IMG/VR virus record: IMGVR_UViG_3300033153_010125
Span: 1,612 to 65,611 of that record
Reading direction: 5' to 3' (one strand)
Origin: a virus
Taxonomy: Duplodnaviria > Caudoviricetes
DNA: 64,000 nt
Shown: one piece after another, positions 10,434 through 20,249 of the stretch
How positions within the stretch are numbered: the first letter of the stretch is position 1
Layout: the number at the start of each line of letters is the position of its first letter
The notes under the pieces: model-generated
What the model saw: only the letters and a program-made list of their open reading frames with translations
What the model was told of the DNA's origin: nothing
Databases searched by the model: none
Position numbers and translations under genes: made by a program

Positions 10434-11396
10434 TTATGTAGAATAAATTACTCTTACTTCAATATCTACTAAACCAACATTGGATGTTAATGTTATATTG
10501 TCTCCGGAAACCGATATAAGAATTCCGTCTGTGATATTTTCCCCTGTACTATCTAGTACTAATATTGATTCCATCCCCACCATAGTGGCTACATTTACAA
10601 CAAGTGGTGTAAGTGCTACTAAGGTCTCTGTTGATGAGAAAGTATTCAGTGTATCTCCTGCAACCTGTAGAGCATAAAAGTGTCCGTTTACATAAACAGA
10701 CCCTCCACTTTGTGTCACAGTTACAAGCATTGTACTATTCGCTGGAATAGGAAAACCTGTTGCTGATAACTCAACGATTGCTCCACCATCTCTTATCCAA
10801 GCTCCTGTTGTGTTCGAAAATGTAATAGCCCTTGCCACTGCTGTGGTGTTGACTACTAAATATAGATAATCATCTGATACTAAGTGATCATTCCCATCAA
10901 TTAAAAGGTCTCCCGTATTTTCAAGATGTACCTCTCTTTTAGAATGTGTATTTGGATCAAGTGTTAATGTAGATATTACACTATGGTGTATTGTCTCTTC
11001 TTTAAATCTTGGTAAAGATGTTGCTAATACCGTTGATTCCCAAAGATCAATAGTTCCGTTATTTGTATACCACTTAAGTTGACTTGTGTTTGTATCATAC
11101 CACGTATCCCCATATTTAGGAGATGTATGTGCTGCTACTCCAGTGGTATGTTGCCCTGTCACAAACGTTGTGCTTGTTCCAGATTCATCTCCTGGAGCAT
11201 GTGTATATGTACCATCTGCATTGTTTACCAATGTTGAAGTAGCTACACCCTCTATGATATAGTTAGTGATATTCTGGATCACGACCTCTATAAGGTCACC
11301 AGTAGTAATTCCTAATTCTGGAATGTCTGGTCCAGTATACCTTGCGACTGTTGTTGAACAACAACATGCACTTTGATTACATTTTGGACAGGCCAT
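10434..11396 (-). CDS. Virion fibre protein with Cys-rich N-terminal docking domain
   Basis: N-terminus CPKC...CCC...YTGPDIPELGITTGD; 'LVNNADGTYT', 'GDTWYDT' fibre motifs. Confidence 0.6.
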   Translation of the reverse strand: MACPKCNQSACCCSTTVARYTGPDIPELGITTGDLIEVVIQNITNYIIEGVATSTLVNNADGTYTHAPGDESGTSTTFVTGQHTTGVAAHTSPKYGDTWYDTNTSQLKWYTNNGTIDLWESTVLATSLPRFKEETIHHSVISTLTLDPNTHSKREVHLENTGDLLIDGNDHLVSDDYLYLVVNTTAVARAITFSNTTGAWIRDGGAIVELSATGFPIPANSTMLVTVTQSGGSVYVNGHFYALQVAGDTLNTFSSTETLVALTPLVVNVATMVGMESILVLDSTGENITDGILISVSGDNITLTSNVGLVDIEVRVIYST

Positions 11397-11398
11397 AC

Positions 11399-12679
11399 TT
11401 ATTCTTGTATTTGAGCAATTGCTTGCTGTATTTGTGTTAATGTGATATCTTCTCCTAATGGATAACTTGTTGTGAATTTAATCCTAAACCCTCCTAAATC
11501 AGCCGCTTTTCTACCGTCAAAATCTGCTGGATAGTTCGCAGAAGATATTGGACTGACTCTTTTATCTGCTGCTGAGGCTCCATCATACTCTGTATAAAAT
11601 GTAGTATAATTTGGTGCTATCCCCCCTCTAGTAACTCTCGACACTACTTGATGAAATGGTGAATTTGGTGTAACAACTGCAGCATACGCATCATTATCTG
11701 TGTCGGATAATGTATTTAATGCTACTGTTCCATCAGTATTTATCTTAGTCTCTGGAAAAAGTGTTGTTAAGTTAAGCTCATACTTACCTCCTGTATCATC
11801 TATTGCCCTATAGCTCATTTCAAAGTGGCTCAATAAATGCGTTTTTGATGGGGCAAGATCTACAGGCATTACAGGATTGTGTGTCTGCATAGTCCCTTCT
11901 GTCAAAACATCATACCCTCCAGACATTCCTGTATAGATTTGAACTTTTGATTTATACGAGTCTGGGTATTCACTACTATTTGTCAGAAGAGTCGCTCCTC
12001 CAAAAACACTAGATAGTGGTAATAATAGATACCCCTCTAAGAAAACTGTCGTACCAACCACTCTAATACAAGGATAATCCCCTTTTAAATCATAAGCTGG
12101 TAGACCAAAATTATATGTGGTGTTGAAATCATTCATTATGATCCATCCACTGTCATACATACTGTCTCCGTCATTACCGTTGTAGACAACAAATGTTCCT
12201 AAAGAGATAGTTTCTAAAGCATCTGCCCACAATGTGTAGGTATCCGTTTGTCCAGCTGCTCCTGCTGTAGGTGTAGCTCCATCTGTTGATGTAAAAGACG
12301 CATGATCAATTCCCTGTCCATCAACTCCGTTATACACAACAAAGGTTCCGAGTACTATAGTTTCTTCAGCATCCCCATAAATAGTGTATGTAGAGGTTTG
12401 CCCAGTTTGGCCCTCAGTTCCTGCCTCACCTGTGAAAATTACATGATCAATTCCTTGACCATCATCTCCCGGATCTCCATCTAGCCCTGGAGCCATTTCA
12501 CAAATCTTAGCTTCTATTTTTTGTATGATTGCCTCTAATGTATCTCCTTTAACAACCTCAATACAAGGCATCCCTTCTCCAGCATGCCTTATACAGGCAA
12601 GTGAAGTTATTTCAATTGGACAACCGCAGGTCTCTAAGCAGTCATTTGTAGTAGATTCAGTACATTCTTCGCAAGCCAT
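11399..12679 (-). CDS. Virion fibre protein with short collagen-like segment and internal duplication
   Basis: Cys-rich N-terminus; GLDGDPGDDG; two copies of DGQGIDH..FT...GQT.TYT...LGTFVVYNG.DG. Confidence 0.6.
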   Translation of the reverse strand: MACEECTESTTNDCLETCGCPIEITSLACIRHAGEGMPCIEVVKGDTLEAIIQKIEAKICEMAPGLDGDPGDDGQGIDHVIFTGEAGTEGQTGQTSTYTIYGDAEETIVLGTFVVYNGVDGQGIDHASFTSTDGATPTAGAAGQTDTYTLWADALETISLGTFVVYNGNDGDSMYDSGWIIMNDFNTTYNFGLPAYDLKGDYPCIRVVGTTVFLEGYLLLPLSSVFGGATLLTNSSEYPDSYKSKVQIYTGMSGGYDVLTEGTMQTHNPVMPVDLAPSKTHLLSHFEMSYRAIDDTGGKYELNLTTLFPETKINTDGTVALNTLSDTDNDAYAAVVTPNSPFHQVVSRVTRGGIAPNYTTFYTEYDGASAADKRVSPISSANYPADFDGRKAADLGGFRIKFTTSYPLGEDITLTQIQQAIAQIQE

Positions 12680-12685
12680 AATTTC

Positions 12686-13249
12686 TTAGTTGTAAATCTT
12701 AATCTCTAATATTGTATTCACTCCATCAAGTAGCCCATCTGTGAGTGTTGTTGCCGCCCCAACTTCTACAGCTGTTTTAATAGACAATGTATTATCATCA
12801 ACTCTTTCTACATAAAACTTATCCAAACTTGTTTCATCAAGTACTGCGTATGTAGGTCTATCATTTGGTGGTGTTATCACTGTCTTTGTTGCTATAAAAG
12901 CTCCAGTAGACACCAATGTAAATTCCCCTGCTGATACCCTAGTTAAAGTGGGTGTTAAGCTGGCACTATTAGTAATAACAGTCGCCTCTGTTGGATCTGA
13001 TGTGCCATCTTGGTCCAACGCTACTACATATGTAGTATACGTAGGTAAATAGGTACTCTGTGCAGTTTTCAACTTCTGTATCGCCCTAGAGATAACTCCT
13101 AGAATTGTTGACATAGTGATACCTTTTCCGTACCTTAAATATATATCAGCCTCTTCTGAGATAATACAGTCTGTACTAACCAAGTCAGTACATTCTAAAG
13201 ACTCGTTGTCCACAGTAGGCTCATTTGGGTCTATACAATCTTCAGCCAT
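12686..13249 (-). CDS. Virion structural protein
   Basis: Cys-containing N-terminal domain like neighbours; beta-rich C-terminus ending LEIKIYN. Confidence 0.55.
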   Translation of the reverse strand: MAEDCIDPNEPTVDNESLECTDLVSTDCIISEEADIYLRYGKGITMSTILGVISRAIQKLKTAQSTYLPTYTTYVVALDQDGTSDPTEATVITNSASLTPTLTRVSAGEFTLVSTGAFIATKTVITPPNDRPTYAVLDETSLDKFYVERVDDNTLSIKTAVEVGAATTLTDGLLDGVNTILEIKIYN

Positions 13250-13251
13250 CT

Positions 13252-13710
13252 TTATTTATTTAATTTGTTAAGCATTAATTGAAGTAAGTCTTTTACTGTT
13301 GAAGGCTGTTCTCCGCAATCATCAACAAGTTCTCCTAACTCCAATCCCATACATGAAATTGTTTCATCAAAAATAGGTGAGCAACTTTCACACCCCGTAC
13401 ATCCTGGTGTAGGAAGTCCAACATACTCTGCTATCTCACAGATCTTTTCCTCCATGGCCAAAAATGCTTCCTTGGCTTTTAAGGTATCTCCTTCTTTTGC
13501 ATATGCAATACAGTTGTTCCCCAGCTCTCCTAAGTCTAACCCTTCAGAAAGGTCATCTACTTGAAGATTAAGATCCTCAATAACCTCCTCCACAGAAGGG
13601 TTATCACATTCTTCTATTTTGGTGTTCTTATGTAACTCACCCTCATAGTCTACGCATTTTGCGTTGCTCTTCTTTCCGCAGGTGTTTGATACTTTATCTT
13701 TACAGCTCAT
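13252..13710 (-). CDS. Cys-rich structural protein
   Basis: 152 aa, many Cys, 'AKCVDYEG'. Confidence 0.55.
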   Translation of the reverse strand: MSCKDKVSNTCGKKSNAKCVDYEGELHKNTKIEECDNPSVEEVIEDLNLQVDDLSEGLDLGELGNNCIAYAKEGDTLKAKEAFLAMEEKICEIAEYVGLPTPGCTGCESCSPIFDETISCMGLELGELVDDCGEQPSTVKDLLQLMLNKLNK

Positions 13711-13957
13711 GGATCTTTGTTATTGCTTTTCTAATAAGTGATTCTCTAATTCTAGTTTGTTGATCATCACTTATGTAGCAGTAATCATTACAATGTAATC
13801 TAGAGAGTCTTAAAATATTTCTCATTTTAGATGTACAAACATACCCGATTTCAAATTTAAGTTCTTTTAATAAGTCTTCAGCAGTACCTGTCAACATTTG
13901 AGCTATTACATCTCCTGTTGGTAAATTCTGTTTAGTTATTATAGATTGAGAACTCAT
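13700..13957 (-). CDS. Hypothetical (putative tail hub) protein
   Basis: 85 aa, overlaps both neighbours in a tight operon. Confidence 0.5.
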   Translation of the reverse strand: MSSQSIITKQNLPTGDVIAQMLTGTAEDLLKELKFEIGYVCTSKMRNILRLSRLHCNDYCYISDDQQTRIRESLIRKAITKIHEL

Positions 13958-14195
13958 TTTCTACGTACTCCTTTAAGGCATTTATTGTTTGTAGATCGGG
14001 GCAGGATTCCACAGCCTCTATTAATAGCTGCTCTACATCACTCCGCATCTCTTTATATTCAATTTTTTTATCAGGGTCTGTTGTTATCCTCTCAAGTGTA
14101 ATAAGATTGTTCCTGATTTTATGTAAGTCGGATACTTTACCGCTGCAACTAGTACTATTGACTAACCCATTAGTTCCTTTTGTACACCCACACAT
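13932..14195 (-). CDS. Hypothetical protein
   Basis: 87 aa, MCGC start, 1-nt stop/start overlap with upstream gene. Confidence 0.55.
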   Translation of the reverse strand: MCGCTKGTNGLVNSTSCSGKVSDLHKIRNNLITLERITTDPDKKIEYKEMRSDVEQLLIEAVESCPDLQTINALKEYVENEFSIYNN

Positions 14196-14710
14196 TACTC
14201 ACATGTTGAGCAGTTAAGAATGTCATCTACCATTTCTTGAGCCTCTTCAAAAAGCATTGCTGCCTTTTCAATATTGTCATACCTCAAAAAAGCTTGTGCA
14301 GCTAATTTTAAAAACTCAATTCTTGTCATTTTTTTGTTGAATGCCTCTTTATCAATTTCCTCAAGTCTATCAACAAATATCTTATCGACCTCCATATCAT
14401 GGAGATCTGTTTTTAGATAGTAGTACTCTTTAGTATATGTCTCCGGTGATCCTGTTACTGTAATTGTGTAAATACCATCAGGTAATGTTGTCAGACCCTC
14501 TTGTCCTACACAGTTTACGCCAAGCATGTTACTGTTAAAAACATTCAATTTGTTTTTATCATAGAACTTAACAACTGGTTTTTCATACCCAGGCAACAAG
14601 ATATTGATAATCGAGGGCTTCTCTTTTATCAGTCCCCAAACACTTAAATCCACTACCTTCAAATAGTATGGATTAGTGTGTATTGAAAAATCTATATGGA
14701 TTGCTGCCAT
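14195..14710 (-). CDS. Putative tail hub/structural protein
   Basis: 'LPDGIYTIT' motif and C-terminal CxxC as in crAss-like structural proteins; first gene after a late promoter. Confidence 0.55.
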   Translation of the reverse strand: MAAIHIDFSIHTNPYYLKVVDLSVWGLIKEKPSIINILLPGYEKPVVKFYDKNKLNVFNSNMLGVNCVGQEGLTTLPDGIYTITVTGSPETYTKEYYYLKTDLHDMEVDKIFVDRLEEIDKEAFNKKMTRIEFLKLAAQAFLRYDNIEKAAMLFEEAQEMVDDILNCSTCE

Positions 14711-14714
14711 GTTG

Positions 14715-14758
14715 CAAATTTAAGTACAGCCATCCTATTTTCAAAAAAGATTAGATTT
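14715..14758 (-). promoter_or_regulatory. Late-class promoter
   Basis: Minus strand AAATCTAATCTTTTTTG...TAAATTTG-CAAC-ATG; 33-nt spacing. Confidence 0.8.
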
Positions 14759-14796
14759 GCTGATATTAAATACATATCCGTTATAAAAACAGATTA

Positions 14797-15213
14797 TTAT
14801 TTTCCATCAAGTCCTAGAAACTCCAATATTTTTATCCACCACCTTACCCACCATTTATCTCTTTTTATAGGAGGTATTATTTCTGGCTCTTCTTCAACTT
14901 CTATTTCTGGCTCAGGTTCTGTCTCAGGTTCTGTCTCAGGTTCAGGCTCAGGTTCCGGCTCAGGTGTTTTAATAGCCATCCTTAATGGGCCTGCTCCATC
15001 AATCTCTTCTTCTGTAGGTTGATAAATATCATCTTGAGTAACCTCTATATATTCTAAATTATTCTTATCAAACAATTCTGGGTGGGTATTTAAGCTATTT
15101 ATATCACAGAAGTGGTCTCCATTAATAGTTACACCATAACCAAAATCGTCTATACCATTTCTTTTATGCGCATTTGATTCGCAAAACCCTTGTGTTAGTT
15201 TTATATATTTCAT
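14797..15213 (-). CDS. Hypothetical protein with (PE)n linker
   Basis: 138 aa; PEPEPEPEPETEPETEPEPE tract; amphipathic Trp-rich C-terminus. Confidence 0.6.
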   Translation of the reverse strand: MKYIKLTQGFCESNAHKRNGIDDFGYGVTINGDHFCDINSLNTHPELFDKNNLEYIEVTQDDIYQPTEEEIDGAGPLRMAIKTPEPEPEPEPETEPETEPEPEIEVEEEPEIIPPIKRDKWWVRWWIKILEFLGLDGK

Positions 15214-17639
15214 TGTCTTCCTAATATTGTGTTTAACTCTGTTACATTGGTGTTGTTTAATGCCACTTGTGTAGATGTGAGTTTGTCTCCTATATGCGCA
15301 TACTGGACATTCCCAGCTGATTTATTGAGTTGTGCTCCATAGTTTTCCCAGGCTCCTATTAGCGTTGAATAAGTTGTTGGCAAAGAGGCAGCTAGCGCAA
15401 CACTAGGTGTAGAGTTTATAAGAACTGTTCCTTGATACCCACTCCCTAAAATATTAGATGTACGAGTAACTGTTAAATAAGAAATATAATCTGTAGCAGC
15501 TATTCCAGTAAATGCCGCATTATTTATATATGCATGGAAAGTGTTCACAGTATTATTTCTTATCGCAGATCCTATAGCTGAACTATCTCTAGCCCCCATT
15601 GATTGAGTGCTATTGGTAGACTTCAGCCATAAAGATATTGCCCAATCAAACCCACCGGTGACTTCAGTTTTAAAATCATTATTTACATCAATATACTGCG
15701 TTGTCCCGTTTAGAATAGTTCCTGTCCCGTCATGTGTTGGGGACCCTATATAGGTTAAATCTGAGACAGCCGTTACCATATTAATAGCATGTGTAGCTGC
15801 AGTTCCTCCTATGAAAGGATATACTCTTTTAAACCCACCCCATAAGCCATCTGATTTTGAAGTTATTATAAAATTTTCTATTGCACCTTTTAGAATAGGC
15901 ACTGATACACCATACAGACTGGGTGCATCAATCTCTGAGCCATTGGCAACAGTTAGCGCATGCCAATAGGTATACGCATCTACATCTGTAAAAAAATAAT
16001 CTACTGGTCTAATAGCTGCATTCAACGCCTCAACTGCATTAGTTAGTGTAATCGCTTGAGAACCTGTGAGTGCACCACCTATTGACGCAAATTTAATATT
16101 CCCAGCTATCGTCCCTTGAAAATTGTTTCCAATATTAGCTGCCCCAATAGCACATGGATAGGTGGCTTGTAGAGTATCTGCATTTGTTGCAGTAGAGTTT
16201 GCTACTGAAACCCCATCTATATAAAAATCTGACCTTGTTATACTGGTTCTAGAACCGATTAAAACTTTATGTAGCTCTTCATCTGTAGTGGCATAACTTA
16301 CTGTGTCCCCTAAATTGCTCCTATATATAGAAGCAAGATTCCTCATATAGCTTTCATTGGTAGTATTCTGACGGCACCCAATAGACACCTCACTATTTAA
16401 TGTGTTCCCAAAGGTTGCTAAGTGAAAATCATTATTAGTAAGATCTGTTGACATATCATTTTGCATATGACATCTCCCAGTAGAAGCCCCATTAAAATTT
16501 ACACCTTCTGCGTTATTATATGGCTTACCAGTAGCCCCAGAATATATTAAATCTGAACCTAAATCAACTGCATTAATAGCATGTGTTTCATCACTCCCCC
16601 CTATAAAGAGAAACATCCTGATCATCTTGTTATAAGTAGTATCCACTTTGAGTGCTATATAGAAGTCATCAATGGCTTTCATTATAGTGGAATTGTTTTT
16701 TCTATATACAGAAGGGCAATCTAAATCTCCTAGGTTAGCATCTGTCAATGCACCCCAATACGCCTCTGCATCTGTATCCGAAAAAGTATAATGCCTACCT
16801 ATATTAGTATTTAATGTTCTTATATCTGTATCAAAATCAATTACTTGTGCTGTATTTAACCCAGTCCCTATTGACGCAGCTTTTATATTTCCGTCTGGGC
16901 TATTAGCCAATACTGGGGTCCCCCCATTATCCCAACAACCAATAAGTGTTGAGTAAGTAGATGGAAGGTTTTCAGCAACCGAGCCAACGTTGGATAATAT
17001 TGTAACGGTATCTACATATAACTTCAAGTCTGTTTGTGATAATCTAGTACCAACTATAACTGCTTTAGGCCATTGATTAGCTGGAGCAGCATCAGTTATA
17101 ATTAAATTATCAATACCTACTCTAACCTCCCCTTCATTTAAATTCTGTCTCCAATAAAGATTTATAATGGCAGAATCTCTTGACCCCATTGAGTAAGGTG
17201 AATCAGTGGTAATACCACCCCATTGCATAATATGTGAACTAAACGCTGTTAAATCAGCATCTGGACTATTATTCATGTCGGCATATTGAGTAGTGCCGTT
17301 TAAAACCATTCCTGTACTATTATGTATTGGTGAGCCTACATAAGTTAGTTCAGAAGCAGCTGTTACCATATTAACAGCATGGGTCACATCTGTTCCCCCT
17401 ATAAATGGATACATTCTTACTAAATCTGAATAATATCCATTAACTTTTGCATCAACAAAAAAAGTATCAATTGCGCCTTTTAAGATATCCAACTCTATTG
17501 CATATGTAGTTAAAGCATCTATATCTCCCCCATTGGCTGTGGCTAATGAATTATAGTATGCCGCTGCATCAGAGTCTAGAAAAAGATACCCCCCTTCAAC
17601 GCTCATCATGAACCCAAACCCAAACCTAAACCCTCTCAT
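15210..17639 (-). CDS. Virion protein with three tandem ~270-aa LamG/lectin-like domains
   Basis: Three copies of D.DA..Y..AL..AN...ID...K.AI..F...R.YPFIGG...THA.N. Confidence 0.7.
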   Translation of the reverse strand: MRGFRFGFGFMMSVEGGYLFLDSDAAAYYNSLATANGGDIDALTTYAIELDILKGAIDTFFVDAKVNGYYSDLVRMYPFIGGTDVTHAVNMVTAASELTYVGSPIHNSTGMVLNGTTQYADMNNSPDADLTAFSSHIMQWGGITTDSPYSMGSRDSAIINLYWRQNLNEGEVRVGIDNLIITDAAPANQWPKAVIVGTRLSQTDLKLYVDTVTILSNVGSVAENLPSTYSTLIGCWDNGGTPVLANSPDGNIKAASIGTGLNTAQVIDFDTDIRTLNTNIGRHYTFSDTDAEAYWGALTDANLGDLDCPSVYRKNNSTIMKAIDDFYIALKVDTTYNKMIRMFLFIGGSDETHAINAVDLGSDLIYSGATGKPYNNAEGVNFNGASTGRCHMQNDMSTDLTNNDFHLATFGNTLNSEVSIGCRQNTTNESYMRNLASIYRSNLGDTVSYATTDEELHKVLIGSRTSITRSDFYIDGVSVANSTATNADTLQATYPCAIGAANIGNNFQGTIAGNIKFASIGGALTGSQAITLTNAVEALNAAIRPVDYFFTDVDAYTYWHALTVANGSEIDAPSLYGVSVPILKGAIENFIITSKSDGLWGGFKRVYPFIGGTAATHAINMVTAVSDLTYIGSPTHDGTGTILNGTTQYIDVNNDFKTEVTGGFDWAISLWLKSTNSTQSMGARDSSAIGSAIRNNTVNTFHAYINNAAFTGIAATDYISYLTVTRTSNILGSGYQGTVLINSTPSVALAASLPTTYSTLIGAWENYGAQLNKSAGNVQYAHIGDKLTSTQVALNNTNVTELNTILGRQ

Positions 17640-17640
17640 A

Positions 17641-17934
17641 TTATCTGACGTATGTGCAGCTTCCTGCTCCTAGTTGAATATGACTAAATATTGTGCCTGA
17701 TGTTGTAGGCGCTATCCCATTACCTCCTGTTGGATTACCAATAGTACTCACATACTCCCCAGCGATATTTTCATTAGACCCATTGATTTTGAGAACAACC
17801 ACAGTAGCATCTGGACTGAATTGTATTAAAGACGCTTCGATCTCATGTGGCTCAGTATCGTTGATTATCTTTGCCCCTCTATGCCCTGTTAAGACGTCCA
17901 TTCCGAAACTCCTTAATCTCTTTATCAGCCCCAT
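17641..17934 (-). CDS. Hypothetical protein
   Basis: 97 aa, tightly packed in operon. Confidence 0.55.
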   Translation of the reverse strand: MGLIKRLRSFGMDVLTGHRGAKIINDTEPHEIEASLIQFSPDATVVVLKINGSNENIAGEYVSTIGNPTGGNGIAPTTSGTIFSHIQLGAGSCTYVR

Positions 17935-17956
17935 AATTTGTGTTATTTAAAAATAT

Positions 17957-18541
17957 TTATATTGAAAACTCCTTTAAAACAATAGCACTGATATACTTCT
18001 GTGACTTAGTTAGTTCGATCATCTTTTTATATTTTGGCATAAAATTACAAACGATACATCCGTAGCTCCACCCTTTTATAAACAATCTTCTGATCTTACT
18101 TAGAAAGTCATATGTTGATGCATGTATATTAGTATGCCACATACCTTTCTTAGCTGTCCCAAGTTCCTCTGCAATATCATCCATGTCATTATCTCTATGA
18201 GCAAAGATATCTTTTACTTGTCTCAGAGCCTTCATCCTCCCATTATGGAGTCCTGGAGAAAATGCGTTATTCATCCAAACACCTGCTTTTACCACAGCTG
18301 CTCCAGCTTTGTTATATTTTTTAAAACCCCCTCTTAATGCCGGTAACCCAGGAGTCGTTGTACAAGTAGTCATCATAACCAAACTCTCTCCCATCATAAG
18401 ATTTAGTACATCATTAAACTCATTCGGTTTTTGATCTGCTTCGTTTACACGAACACAGCAAATCCAATACCCCTCTGGAATACCTTGATAGTCTTTTGCT
18501 TCCTTTGCTTTTGTTACAAGCTGCTCTGCTGTATAGTACAT
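17957..18541 (-). CDS. Putative endolysin (His/Cys peptidase, L,D-transpeptidase-like)
   Basis: 'TT.PG...G.A....G....GLH...AL.Q...RD.D.D...NIH...GWSYGC' pattern; adjacent to spanin- and holin-like genes. Confidence 0.5.
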   Translation of the reverse strand: MYYTAEQLVTKAKEAKDYQGIPEGYWICCVRVNEADQKPNEFNDVLNLMMGESLVMMTTCTTTPGLPALRGGFKKYNKAGAAVVKAGVWMNNAFSPGLHNGRMKALRQVKDIFAHRDNDMDDIAEELGTAKKGMWHTNIHASTYDFLSKIRRLFIKGWSYGCIVCNFMPKYKKMIELTKSQKYISAIVLKEFSI

Positions 18542-18545
18542 TATT

Positions 18546-18968
18546 TTAATTTTTAATAAGTATTACCAAAGTAAGCACTGCATTTACACCTAAGCTGGAG
18601 TAACTGAGTACTTTCATAACTTTTAACTTCCTTCTTTCTTTAAATAGTTGTTTCTCCACATAGAATATATATTCATTGAGATCTTTTATTATCCCCTGTA
18701 GGTACCCTTGCTGATCCTCACATTTACTAACATCAACTTCTAGGTTCTCAACCTGCTTCTTCAACTTAGTTGTTACAGAATCATAATCATACCCCAGCTC
18801 TGCGTACTCTAAAAAAAGTGCATACGTATCATAACACATTGTCTTAAGGCTATCGCCTTCTTCGCAATCTATCCAAGAGGTTCCCCCCAAGGCTGTCGAG
18901 TCTTGCGAAATCCCTGTTGTTGTTAGCAGTGCGAATAGCAATGATAACAGTATCGTTCTCAGTTTCAT
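18546..18968 (-). CDS. Putative spanin component
   Basis: Signal peptide, coiled coil, C-terminal hydrophobic segment; overlaps upstream gene by 119 nt (Rz/Rz1-like). Confidence 0.5.
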   Translation of the reverse strand: MKLRTILLSLLFALLTTTGISQDSTALGGTSWIDCEEGDSLKTMCYDTYALFLEYAELGYDYDSVTTKLKKQVENLEVDVSKCEDQQGYLQGIIKDLNEYIFYVEKQLFKERRKLKVMKVLSYSSLGVNAVLTLVILIKN

Positions 18969-19197
18969 ATTTTTCTACTTCTATTTTTAAAATTCTATTT
19001 TCTTCTTGAACTTTGACCCTTTCTCTCTCTGCTTCAATAAACTTCCCTCTCCACGCTTCTACGTCTTCAAGTAGCTCCTTCTTCTCAGAATCTAACCCTC
19101 CTGTCCCTGTGTCAGTAAAATGATCAAATACCTTTACCGCAGCAACTACTACAACAATTAATATGATGTATGGGAATATCTTACGTAGTATCTCCAT
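18850..19197 (-). CDS. Putative inner-membrane spanin
   Basis: Start moved to MEILRKIF; N-terminal TM helix then coiled coil. Confidence 0.5.
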   Translation of the reverse strand: MEILRKIFPYIILIVVVVAAVKVFDHFTDTGTGGLDSEKKELLEDVEAWRGKFIEAERERVKVQEENRILKIEVEKYETENDTVIIAIRTANNNRDFARLDSLGGNLLDRLRRRR

Positions 19198-19486
19198 CTT
19201 GTTTATCTCTTTTTTCTTTTTGAATACTGTATTTTTGGTACCCTGCATATGCAAATAGTGTAGCTGTATACGCTAATAATGTGCCTATTTCCATCCCTAT
19301 AAAATGACAGATGAACCAGATACCTGATGCGAGCCATGCAGTTAAAAACAACATCCATTCCTGAACTCTCTTCTTAGATAAATAGGAAGGTTCGTCCGAC
19401 ATAGTTGCTATCAGCTCTTTAATAAACCACTTAATATTGATCCATCCTAAAAAATATTTCTTTTTATTAGTTTCTATCTCTTTCAT
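19181..19486 (-). CDS. Putative holin-like membrane protein
   Basis: Two TM helices after 'SKKRV', charged C-terminus. Confidence 0.5.
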   Translation of the reverse strand: MKEIETNKKKYFLGWINIKWFIKELIATMSDEPSYLSKKRVQEWMLFLTAWLASGIWFICHFIGMEIGTLLAYTATLFAYAGYQKYSIQKEKRDKQDGDTT

Positions 19487-19820
19487 CCAACTTTCCTTTC
19501 ATGTACCAAAGCTCTTTTGTAAGTTCGAAGATCTGTTCATCTTGCTTATCATCATGGTTATGAAGTTCATCTGCTTCATTCATGGCTCTAATATACCTTT
19601 TATCACTTCTTGCTCCCCATACCTCAAACTCCCGTGTGGTAGCTTTTTCTTTATCCTCAATCAACATTAAAATTTTATTAATGTTCTCTGAGTTGCTTTT
19701 TATCTGGTAGTATGTTAAGAACCCATACCCTACAATAGTCAGTACTATCCCAAGAATTTTGATCCAGTTACTTATCGTGCTACCCCATAGGTTGGCTTTT
19801 TGAATCTTATCTTCCATCAT
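19467..19820 (-). CDS. Membrane protein (lysis cassette)
   Basis: Single N-terminal TM helix plus coiled coil. Confidence 0.5.
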   Translation of the reverse strand: MMEDKIQKANLWGSTISNWIKILGIVLTIVGYGFLTYYQIKSNSENINKILMLIEDKEKATTREFEVWGARSDKRYIRAMNEADELHNHDDKQDEQIFELTKELWYMKGKLDERDRN

Positions 19821-20227
19821 TATTCGAACCCCTCCTCATCAATATTTTTATCTCTCCAGATAGCTTTTCTGATTCTATCCCAAAGTTTATACCCTAAAAT
19901 CTTACCAATGTTTTCAAAAATGCTTTTAATCTCGATAACCGCTATAATACTAGTTGTAATATACGTCCAAGCTATGTCTGGTGAAAGATACATTTCCGAC
20001 ACTTTTGCCACTATAATAGCCATTGGATACAGAACAAGTTTTGCAATAATCCTACCGGCCCTCCTTGATGTTATTTTATCCTTATGCTTTACTGCCGACC
20101 AAACTCCGGTAAAAGTATCAACCATTATCAATAGACCTACGGCTATTAGGGTTGGTGTGAGTCCCACAAGAAACATTGCTGCAAATGCTAAGATTTCACC
20201 GAATGCGAGGGTTGCTTGTTCTTTCAT
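19820..20227 (-). CDS. Phage holin (Phage_holin_4_1-like)
   Basis: 'LI.VD.FTGV..A...ITS......K...Y...E..SI.EN...G' motif, 3 TM segments. Confidence 0.75.
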   Translation of the reverse strand: MKEQATLAFGEILAFAAMFLVGLTPTLIAVGLLIMVDTFTGVWSAVKHKDKITSRRAGRIIAKLVLYPMAIIVAKVSEMYLSPDIAWTYITTSIIAVIEIKSIFENIGKILGYKLWDRIRKAIWRDKNIDEEGFE

Positions 20228-20249
20228 TACTTATTTTTATTTGTTTATA

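Noticed and set aside
6834-17639. Diversity-generating retroelement acting on fibre genes
   Set aside because: No reverse transcriptase in the window and no template/variable repeat pair differing only at adenines was seen
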